Shown: positions 1 through 11,759 of the stretch, in pieces
How the letters are laid out: each line of letters begins with the position of its first letter
Numbering within the stretch: position 1 is the first letter of the stretch
NCBI RefSeq assembly: GCF_037042905.1
Contig: NC_087245.1
Location: forward strand, 8,372,001 to 8,432,000
From: Lytechinus pictus
Lineage: Eukaryota
Direction: 5' to 3'
DNA length: 60,000 bases
The notes under the pieces: generated by a model
Seen by the model: the letters and a program-made list of their open reading frames with translations, nothing else
What the model was told of the DNA's origin: nothing
The model's database searches: none
Made by a program: the position numbers and the translations under genes

Positions 1-524
1 TTAAAACGGTTATGAGATAAGATAATTAGTGAGATCTGTATTTTTTATTCCAATTAGTTTTGATTATTTTATTGCGTCCAAGTAAATTATAGTAACCGAC
101 ATGCGATTATCATGATTATAGAATTATTGAACACCAAAGGATATATCCATGTTAAGTTAAATGTGCCTAGAAAGCTTCGATATTAGTTTATGAAGCAATT
201 GATAACAATTGATAACGGCATTAGGTTATGAATAATATTAATGTTTGAGTGATTATATTTGGTATAAAGCGGGCAAACAATTTACCTGGAGCAATCATTT
301 TATGGGCACAACAATTGTAATACAAAATATTTGCTAACTTGAATAGAACGCACGAGGAGAAAAAACATATTATATACATTACGTGATGACAATAAACCAT
401 TTTTAGCCTGCTTTGCATTTTTGTTTTATTATTTTTTATTATATCATTACTCAATAAAATAGAACTTTTCAAACAGAAAAAGAAAGGCAAAAAACCAAAA
501 ATATATTCTCGTATGAGATCAGAC

Positions 525-722
525 CTGGGGATGGAAATGTTGTTGAAACAGGAATGGTCTCAGGAGTGGTCGCAGAAGTGGGCGTGGTCTGGGAAGGATT
601 GACAGACGTGATTGTAGCATTTGATGTGACCACTGCAGTTGAAGTTTCCTGGATTGCAGTTGTGGTGGGCGTGGTCTGGGAGGGCGTGGTAGTAGATATA
701 GAGGAGTCTGTTGTGGTTGTGA
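525..722 (-). CDS. Gene A Thr/Ser/Pro-rich mucin exon, tandem copy 1
   Basis: Acceptor ccctcacag, donor G|gtctga; 198 nt, phase 1-1; carries an in-frame 12-nt insertion relative to the other copies. Confidence 0.7.
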
Positions 723-3700
723 CTGTGAGGGTTATAAACGGACTGCAGCAATGAATTATGGTAGTGGATTCATTGGGGCGTGGTCGCGACAGACGTTACC
801 TCAAGGTGTGTCTTCTTAAATTTATGGGAGTTTTGCACTGGACCACTTTGTGGACTGACGATGGTAAAGCGTGATTAATTTCTTTCATAAAAAATTGTAG
901 AGATATGAAGATGGTATGGTTATCAGCAAGCTATTTGATATTTTATATCTATATCAAGATTAATATCTTATTTCGGCGTTAACCAGGGGCGGATCCAGGA
1001 TTTTTCGAAGGGGGGGGGGGCACATTTTCCCCGAGGAAAAAATTGACAAGCAAAAAAAAAAGTTTCAACCAAAAATTAAGGGGATTTCGTCCACGAAAAA
1101 AATTGACAAGCAAAAAAAAAAAAGGTCTTCACTTTCGAAAGGGGGAGCACACTTCTGTTTTAATGGCATCTTTACATTATAAATTTTAAGTGTGCCTCTT
1201 TACCCCCTGGATCCATCAGTGGCGTTAACATATTTTAATGAGGAGGAGAGGGAGGATCCATTTAAATAGGACGTCATATTAATCTCTCAATTGATTTATA
1301 AGTATACATGACTCTTGACCTTTTAATACACTATATTCTTCCTTCCCTTCTACTCTTACTTTTCATTTTTCTTTCCTTCCCCTTTTATTCACTACTTTAA
1401 TTCAATCAAATCAATGATAGCCCCCCCCCCTTAACACCGCTGCCCTTTTTTTTAAAGTAAATAACAGTGAAGGGAAATAAATGGTCGAACGTATACAAAA
1501 AAAATTATGGAACTTCCCAGTGTATTTTTCTTAAAGGTAAATAAAGTTTTAGTTAAATTATACCTCAACCCCACCAACCAATATCCAGAAATAAAAGGAC
1601 CACTGTAATACTTTTTTTTTTCAATCGAAAACTTCTTTTCATTTGATCAATGTGTGAGAAAGGTTGGTGATCGTTAGTAGCGTCAGATCTTCGTATAATT
1701 ATGTAAAGTTTATAAACACAAAAGTTAGAAAAAAAACTATGAATTATGGTTCACAATGTAAATGGATAAAGTGTAATGAATGTGATAAGCAAAACAAACA
1801 AACAAAAAATATATTCTCGTATGAGATCAGACCTGAGGATGGAAATGTTGTTGAAACAGGAATGGTCGCAGAAGTGGGCGCGGTCTGGGAAGGATTGACA
1901 GACGTGATTGGAGCATTTGATGTGACCACTGCAGTTGAAGTTTCCTGGATTGCAGTTGTGGTGGGCGTGGTCTGGGAGGGCGTGGTAGTAGATATAGAGG
2001 AGTCTGTTGTGGTTGTGACTGTAAGGGTTATAAACGGACTGCAGCAATGAATTGAGGTAGTGGATTCATTGGGGCGTGGTCGCGACAGACGTTACCTCAA
2101 GGTGTGTCTTCTTAAATTCATGGGAGTTTTGCACTGGACCACTTTGTGGACTGACGATGGTAAGGCGTGATTAATTTTTTTCATCACAAATTGTAGAGAT
2201 ATGAAGATGGTATGGTTATCAGCTATTTATTTGATATTTTATATCTATATCAAGATTAATATCATATTTCGGCGTTAACCAGGGGCGGATCCAGGATTTT
2301 TCGAAAGGGGGGGGGGCACATTTTCCCCGAGGAAAAAGTTGACAAGCAAAAATTAAGGGGATTTCGTCCACGAAAAAAATTGACAAGCAAAAAAAAAAGG
2401 TCTTCACTTTCGAAAGGGGAGCACACTTCTGTTTTAAAGGCATTTTTACATTACAAATTTTAATTGTGCCTCTCTCTCCCCCTGGATCCGCCAGTGGCGT
2501 TAACATATTTTGATGAGGAGGAGGGGGAGGGTCCATTGAAATAGGACGTCATATTAATCTCTCAATTGATTTATAAGTATACATGACTCTTGACCTTTTA
2601 ATACACTATATTCTTCCTTCCCTTCTACTCTTTCTTTTCATTTTTCTTTCCTTCCCCTTTTATTCACTACCTTAATTCAATCAAATCACGCCGCCGCCCC
2701 TGGTTCTTTAAGTAAATAAAAGTAAAGGGAAATAAATGGTCGAACATATAAAAAAATTATGGAACTTTTCAATGTATTTTTTTTAAGGTAAATAAAGCTA
2801 AAGTCAAATTATACCTCAACCCCACCAACCAATATCCAAAAATAAAAGGCCCACTTTAATACTGATGTTTTTTTTCCAATCAAAATCTTCTTTTCATTTG
2901 ATCAATGTGTGAGACAGGTTGGTGATCGTTAGTAGCATCAGATCTTCGTATAATTATGTAAAGTTTATAAACACAAAAGTTAGAAAAACTATATGAATTA
3001 TGGTTCACAATGTAAATGGATAAATTGTAATGAATGTGATAAGCAAAACAAACAAACAAAAAATATATTCTCGTATGAGATCAGACCTGATGATGGAAAT
3101 GTTGTTGAAACAGGAATGGTCGCAGAAGTAGGCGTGGTCTGGGAAGGATTGACAGACGTGATTGGAGCATTTGATGTGACCACTGCAGTTGAAGTTTCCT
3201 GGATTGCAGTTGTGGTGGGCGTGGTCTGGGAGGGCGTGGTAGTAGATATAGAGGATTCTGTTGTGGTTGTGACTGTGGAGGTTATAAACGGACTGCAGCA
3301 ATGAATTGAGGAAGTGGATTGAAGAGTTGTCACGGCAGAGGTTGTCTCTTCTGAAATTTATGGGAGTTTTGCACTGGACCACGATGGTAAAGCGTGAAAA
3401 TCCTTTTTCATCACAAATTGTCGAGATATGAAGATGGTATAGGAGATGGTTATCAGCTATTCATTTGATATACTTGATATCTATTTCAAGTTCAAAATCA
3501 TATTTCATTTGTTTGGGTCAAATAGAAGATTGATTAAAAAAGCTGTCAGATCAGTACTATATTTACCAATATGTCTCAGAAAGCAACTACAGCTTATTGC
3601 TTAGAGATCTCTAGTAGGCCTAATCACAGTGTTATTTTTATTTAATCAATTAATATGTAAGAAAGGTTGGTGATCGTTAGTATTTTAATAAGCGTCATAT

Positions 3701-6700
3701 CTTCGTATAATTAGATTAAGTTCATAAACACGAAAGTTAGAAAACTACATGAATTATGGTTCATAATGTAAATGGATAAAGCGTAATGAAAGTGATAAGA
3801 CAACACAATGCTGTATTAGGCAAAGAATGAGACAGGTTAATGTTAATATTTACCAATAGGCTCCTGAGTTGTGATTGATTCAGGTGTCGAAGGAATCTCT
3901 GTTTATTAAAAAATAGTTGCAAAAGAAGGCATTCCATTTGTGAATAATTTAGATTCAATTATTTTGATGATCAAATTTATGAATTTTTCTTAGTTTTTTT
4001 CTATTCGACTCAGTATAAATTGGTTCAAAATTATAGAAATTGTGGCATGATTATTCCTAATATAAACGTTATAAAAAAAAATGGTGTGTCATTTTACCTG
4101 ATGTTTGTTGAGCCGTTGTTGTAACGATGATATCTGTTGAATTAAAAGAAATTAAAATGGATTGGAATCGTTATTGAATAAGAGGAGGACATAATTATTA
4201 GGGAATAAACGCAGGTCAGTATCGTCACGTAACATTGCTGATTATTTACAAGAACCAAAAAGAAGATAACATGGAATTGAAGCATTTTGATTCAGATAAA
4301 AAATCAAATAAATGCTAGTAACATTAAAATAAAAGATGAAACTATATCAAACTATTAAGTCCATCGAGGAAGATCAAATAAAACCCAATCCATGAAAGGG
4401 GAGCTTTATCCCTACCCCTTACACGATTCTAAACTAACATAAACCGTTCCAATCACATAAACACAGTTCAAGTTAATCAAAATCATATAAAACCATATGA
4501 CATAAGAAAAATTACCTGCTTCCGAGCCAGTAATATCAAAGCTTATGAGCGGTAGATCAGACGAGTTATCTTCGGTAATTTCGGTCAGAACCGCAGATAC
4601 TTCGTTCTCAACCGCGTTTATAGCGGCTTGTTCCGCGGCCTCACCGGGCAGAGAGTTTTGAGTGTGGCTTGCCCGAATATCAAAGTTTACAACGACGCTT
4701 CCCGAGCTGGGTAAGGGTGAGAGAAATCAGAGGATGATACAATATTCATTTACAGAAGTCCTTGAGCAGGCTTACATTTCGGAAAAAAAAAAACACTTTT
4801 AAGGCATTTAGCTCAATTATGCCTGCTGAAACACATGCGTGATGTAGCCAACATCCCACTATAGATAACAAAGAAAGATGAGGGATGTGCTTTCCAGATA
4901 CTTGTTTCTCAATTACTGAATTTCAGAGGATGATACAATATTAATTTACAGAAGTCCTTGAGCAGGCTTACATTTCGGAAAAAAAAACTTTTAAGGCATT
5001 TAGCTCAATTATGCCTGCTGAAACACATGCGTGATATAGCCAACATCCCACTATAGATAACAAGGAAAGATGAGGGATGTGCTTTCCAGATACTTGTTTC
5101 TCAATTACTGAATTTTTTGCGTAATCTGTACATAATTGCTTTTTATCATCCTAAATCCAATTAGAAAAATTACTTTTATATCTCATTTTAGAATGAAGAT
5201 GCTGACACGAATTATCTTAACACAGGCATTATAAACCGTGTTGTTTTTAGTACTGGTTCGTTGACAAGCTTGTGTCGTGAGCGCATTCTTCACTGCCTAT
5301 TTATCAAAACGTTTCAAAAGGATTATGATTCAGTTAAGAAATCAGTTTAAAAAATACAACGAAATATTATAGCCTATTGAATTCAGTATGACGCATAACA
5401 TTGCTAATGAAATATACCTGCAGATCTGCATGAGTACGTAATACAATTAAAAACGATTAAGATGGTATAATGTAACCTCCGTTTTATGGCCTTTATCAGC
5501 GGCGGATCCAGGGGGGTGGCGCAGGGGGCGCGCGCCCCCCCCCCCTAATATTTGGACGGCGCCGAAGGCGCCGCTCAAAAAAAAATAAGAGAAAAGTAAA
5601 AGAAAGAAAAGGCGCTGCTTGAAAAAATAAAGGAAAGAAAAGAAAAGAAAAGGCGCCGCTTGAAAAAATTATACACTGATAAAATTTTAGCAACAGTAAG
5701 GAAAGACTATCCCCCAGCAAAGCACAATCATATCATCTTCCTTATCTTTTCTTTTAACTACCCTTTTCCCAACAACTTCGCCGGTTAAAAATAATCAGCA
5801 GTGCGCTGCCTGCATATAACTGGCGCCAATCAAGAATAATCAGCACCACCTTAATCTAAATCGGCGCCGGACAAGAATAATCAGCGCCATTTGGTTATAG
5901 ATCGGCGCCAGTCGAGAAAAATCGGCACTGCCAGAGTCTTAACCGGCGCCGATCAAGGATAATCTGTGCCACCTAAATCTAAATCGGCACCAGATAAAAA
6001 TAATCGGCGCCATCTGGTTATAAATCGGCGCCGGTACAGACAAATTGACGCTGCCTGAGTTCTTAACCGGCGCCGATCAAGGATAATCAGCGCCACCTAA
6101 ATCTAAATCGGGGCCGCGCGGACAAGAATAATCAGCGCCATCTAGTTATAAATCGGCGCTGCCAGAGTCTTAACCGGCGCCGATCAAGAATAATCAGCTC
6201 CACCTAAATCTAATTCGGCGCCGGGCAAGAATAAACGGCGCCATCTGGTTATAAATCGGCGCCGGTTAAGAAAAATCGGCGCTGCCTGAGTTCGTAACCG
6301 GCGCCGATCAAGGATAATCAGCGCCACCTATATCTAAATCGGGGCTGGTCAAGAATAATCACCGCCATCTGGTTATAAATCGGCGCCGATCAAGAATAAT
6401 CAGCTCCACCTAAATCTAAATCGGCGCCGGACAAGAATAATCAGCACCACCTGGTTAAAAATCGGCGCCAGTCAAGAATAATCGGCGCCTCCTGGTTCTA
6501 AATCGGCGCCATCCAATTATGAATTGCCGCTGCCTGAATCTTACGTGACGTCGGTAAAAATAATCAGCACTACTTGTTCTAAATCGGCGCCGGTCAAGAA
6601 TAATCAGCGTCCCCTGGTTCCAATAAATAGGCGCCGGTAGAATAATGAAGAAGGGCCTATTGCCAACCAAATCTAGATCGGCGCCGGTCAAGAATGATCA

Positions 6701-9700
6701 GCGGCACCTAGCTGGTTATACATTTTATTGTTGAATGGTCATAACAAAGCTTATCGCATGCCCTTACAGAGTGGACTGGGGCGGGGCAGTTGCCCACAGA
6801 ATGACAGATGTCATGAAATCTTTAATTTATTTTAAAAATCCCAGAATCATACAAAAGCGTAGAGCAAATCCTTTAATTTTGATCTTATTTTCCAATGCTT
6901 TAATAAAAAGAAGGTCAGTCACTTTTCTTCTTTACACATTCCACATTGTGCCACCTCTATGGCCTTTAGTTTAAGACAGCTTCTATATAGTGTTTTATGA
7001 AGATGATTCGATATTTTAGCCCAAAACTTTGTTAAAACCCGTTGCTAGTACCGGGAGTGTATAATTACGCAACCAGTCGTATATTGAGATTGAGCTACAC
7101 AACTCGTTCTTTATTTAAAATCGTGCTTAATTATTATCCGCTTCTCAGATTGGAATATAAAAATTTTCAGCTCGCGCTTCGCGCTCGCATCATTTCTGTA
7201 GCAAAACCCCATACTTTTCATGATTAAATAGGTGAATAGAATGTCCCTTTTTCAGGACTAAACGTCAAAAGAACTCCCGCTTCGATTTGCAATAATCTTT
7301 TGCTGGATATAATCTTGTTCTTTATTACAAACGTCCATTAAACTGTCATTTTTTCAGATCTAAATATCAAAATTTTAAGCTCGCGCTTCGCGCTAGCATC
7401 TATTGTTTTTTTAGATACCCATCTTAATCATTGGTACCAAAAATGCATTGAATATCAAGCTTTCTGGTCAGAATATAAAGAAATTTCAGCTCGCCCTCGG
7501 CACTCGCATTATCTGTGTAGTGAGATATGTATCCTCCTCATGAGTTACTACAAACAGTCCTAAACAGGCACCTTTTTCCTGTTTTCAGGTCAGTATACTA
7601 AAAAATTTCAGCTCGCGCTTCGCGCTCGCATTAATTTGTTGGTGAGATATGTGTTTCTATCTCATGAGTCATATAAATATATATATATATATATATATGC
7701 ATATGTGTGTGTGTGTTTGTGTGAGTTTGTTTGTTTTGTGTGATATCGAGCGCCTTTGGAAAGTTGATTCATGATTTTGCCCCCCAAATCTTAAAAAAAG
7801 GATCGACGCCCCTGTGTATATATATACATGTATATACATATAGTAAAAAAGAAACTTGTATCTCTATTAATATACAAAAGTATTGGCCTCATCGCAATAA
7901 AAGGGTTAATAACGAGATTTTGAAATCGCACATAACATGCATAATCTTGTGTTACTTTTTGCTTGTTTCTTTCTTTAATAAGTTTTTCAATCTCTCTCTA
8001 TATATGTTTTAGAGAGATTATATGTTTAAATTGATGTATATTTTCTGTTATAATGAGATATGAAGTGGACTTCAGGGAATGGTCGTACGCAGCAAGGGGG
8101 AAGGGGGGGGGGGGCACATTCGCGATCTGCTGTTGTGAAAAACAATTTTTTTCCCCTTAACATTTCATGAAAACTATGAAAAATGTGCAAATGTGAGATG
8201 TGCACAAAATTTTCGAGTCTTGCCCCCCCCCCCCCTGAAATATTATCTGCGTGTGGTCATGCAAAATGGCATGACTGGAAATCCTACTTTTTGAAAAGAG
8301 CATTTGACAGGGTCAGACTTTACCCCTTTTTCAACATTTTATTTTATGGCGCCGGTGAAGTGCAAAAATATGTGCGCCGCTCGGTAGTGCGCCCCCCCCC
8401 TTTCGCCAAAAGCTGGATCCGCCTATGTTTATGCCATGACGCATACTCATTTTACCTGCCAGAAATAAGCAAGTAATCATTCAAAAGGTTAATTCGTTCT
8501 ATTCGGTCGCACGAATTCCGAGAACAGTGTAACTTATAAGAATCTGAGACCCTTAAAGATGTTTTTCCTCGTTACAATTCTGGTGCTATGAGATCCATAC
8601 CTGAAACTAATTACGATTACTTCCTCATATGATACTTCAGACGTCTTTGCATCCCGCAAAGCTGTTTCCATCTGTTAGCAAAAAAGATGATTTATGAAAT
8701 AAATGTTTTGTAAGTTAAGGAAAATATGAGTATGTTGTTTTAAGGAATTCATTTCACTTAATTTTCGATGCCAAAATATATAAAACACAAAAACAAAAAA
8801 ACATTTCACATTGTCCAAAAATACGAATAATAGAATGAATATCTTGTAAGGAGATTTTTTAAAAGAAAGTCTGTATTCAATATTTCTCCACAAATCATAT
8901 AATCGAATGCAAAATGCATGTAATACATTACACACAATATTATACATGTACAGAAGACAAATTTAAATAAGCTCGATGTGCCTCGATCTACCAAGATGCA
9001 CAATAAACTTATTTTGTTGCGTGTGCATATTTCGTTCTCATGCTGATATTCTAATTTCTTTTAAATGACGATAAATAACATTTTAAACATCTAGTTGAAA
9101 AATATATAATATTCACCACACAAAATATCAAAAAAGTACAGTTCAGATAGTACAATTCGTGTATAATATTCATATAACTGATATTTTAAGTCAGTATTCG
9201 GAAAGACAAACCCTGACGGTGACTCGACATATTCTTCTGCGAAATTATTTTGTTCGGTTCTTATTTCAGAGGGCATAGGGTTAGAGTTAAAGTTATATTA
9301 GATTTTATGGTTGCAAGATATTGTACAGATAAGAATTATGGTTTACTTAATTTTGAAGGTATGGTTTTATGTTTGGCTCAACATGCATATTTTCCATCAG
9401 AGCAACTGTCGCCGGAGCAAATGTTATGGCACTGTATGGTACTGCATACTGGATTATAATAATTGATTTCCTTACATGGTATTGTCGAGTAAACTACCTC
9501 CCGACAATTGGTAAATAATCATTCCAGTCGAGTATATTAGTGTTATTACGTCAGAGGTTTCACACACACAGCATATGGATCACAATGCATTCCCCTTTAT
9601 AAATTTTGTGTATATTTCTCACGTGATTATTATTATATAAAGTCAAGTAAACATTGATATAAGGTGTGCAAACAGTGGGGCACTTGTCGTAACAATAATG

Positions 9701-11716
9701 GTATTTACTTTTACTCAAAGCAGTGCTTGTTTTGTTAGGTATGTCAAGTATTTTTAATGTGAATTATACAAAAAAAACTTTTATTTCACCCGCTTGGATA
9801 ATCATAAAAAAACAGACTGCGGTTTAGGACTTCACATTTGGATTTTAGTTTGGCCTATATACTCTTGCAACCATACTGACGTAGATATACTGCCGTGGAT
9901 TCTTGTGAAGTTGTGATCGCAACCCACATACTTAAAAGCAAACTACTTTGTTGTATGTAGAATCATATTTATATTATTCATAATAATAACCATATAATTA
10001 ACATTAATATTCAGTTCTTAGAAAGGCACATAAATCGAATACGTCAAAGTCTTATTATGAGAAAATCTGATGATCATGGTAGGATATATAGGCCCGATGC
10101 AATATGGAAGATGAAATCGTGAAATAGCATGGCTAAATACAGTGTCGTAAATATGTTGATTGAGATAAACGACTGTGGTCTTAAATATTACCGCTCTTAT
10201 TTTTTGTTGTTTTTATTGCATATTTCGATGTAGATGCATTATCTACATTTCATGATTATCAATGGTTTGATTGATTTATTCAATTCTAAACCATATAAAG
10301 GAGATAAAAGTGCACATGATATCACAAATGCTACAGAAAAAGGAAATGTTCTCCCATTGTTGTAAGTGATTAGATATATAGACGTTTATATTCTAAATCA
10401 TGTTTTAAGTGTGCTTTTCTTGATCTATCAGAATCGCATTTCAGAGCTTGTAGGAAGGCTCTCCATAATTATGCTGCCATTACAGCTACATCACTCAAAA
10501 GTGATCCATATGAAGGTGTTTTTAAATTGACTTAAAAAAATAAAACCCCTTTAAGGATGACTTACGAACTTCATTAATTTTTGTTATGTTTTTTTGTAGA
10601 AAATATTGATCTGTACACCTTCTAACTCACCTGTCTTGTCATCGTGATCATGAGAGAAATACAGTTGAATGGAAACTTACCAAAGAAGTAAAGTTGGCTT
10701 CCAGCTCTTGATATTCTGTAGTACTCGGATCGGACAGAGATGGAGTATACGTTAAATCTAACGTGGCGACTGCTGACGTAGTGACAAGATCTAGTTAGAG
10801 ATACAAATTCAGAATTACACAAGGATCCGATTTTAAGAAAGTCTATAATATTCTTTAAAAGTGTTTATTTATTCATTCCAGGGGGGAATGTATCAGAAAA
10901 ATGAAAATAATATTACCTTCATTATTATATTCATCGATACCACGATTGGATTCTGATTTTACATGCTCTTCGTGTTCAATGAAAATGAATGACTTCCTGA
11001 GAAACAGGTCCTAACTTATCTGACTTATATGAATGTTTAAATGTCGATCACGCCAGAAGGAGAAGAAGAAGAAGAAGAGGAAGAAGACGACGAAGAAGAA
11101 GGAGGAGGAGGAGAAGAAGAAGAAGAAGAAGAAGAAGAAGAAGAAGAAGAAGAGGAGGGAGAAGAAAGATAAGAAGATTGAAGAAGAAGAAGGTGGAGGA
11201 GGAGGAGGAGAAGAAGAAGAAGAAGAAAAAAAAGAAGAAGAAGAAGAAGAAACAATAAGAAGGAGGAGAATAAGAAAAAAAGGAGGAGAGGAGGAAAAGG
11301 GAGAAGAAGTAGAAGAAGGAGGAGGAGAAAAAGAAGAAGAAGGAGAAGAAGATGAAAAAGAAGAACAACAACAAGAAGTAGAAGAAGAAGAACAACAACA
11401 ACAACAACAAAAAGTAGAAGAAGAAGAAGAAGAAAAAGAAGAAGAAAAAGAAGAAAAAGAAGAACAACAAGAAGTAGAAGAAGAAGAAGACGGAGAAGGA
11501 GCTAGGAGAAAACGAATGTAAAAAACGATACTTACAACTTTGGACGGGTGGCAACGCCGTGGTCTCTGTTTAACAAAAAAAATGAGACAATGAAATTACG
11601 TCACCATACGTTTAACGGAATACAACGAGCACTGCAATATATTGCATGATCAGTTTTGATAAAGAAAGTAATTAAATGATAAATCGTTATTTTCTATATA
11701 CGACAACTGCTCCTAT

Positions 11717-11759
<43 letters not shown>

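Larger units (their letters stand above)
490..3800. repeat. Tandem ~1.25-1.3-kb exon+intron duplication (two full copies and one partial)
   Basis: Near-identical blocks starting at ~497, ~1804 and ~3058, each carrying one mucin exon. Confidence 0.95.

Noticed and set aside
554..3304. Plus-strand Val-rich ORFs (554..754, 1664..2050, 2993..3304) and His/Asn-rich minus-strand frames
   Set aside because: Antisense or off-frame shadows of the Thr-rich mucin exons; only the Thr-rich frame has phase-compatible splice sites
11033..11554. Poly-Glu/Lys and poly-Phe/Leu ORFs
   Set aside because: Translation of an intronic (GAA)n microsatellite
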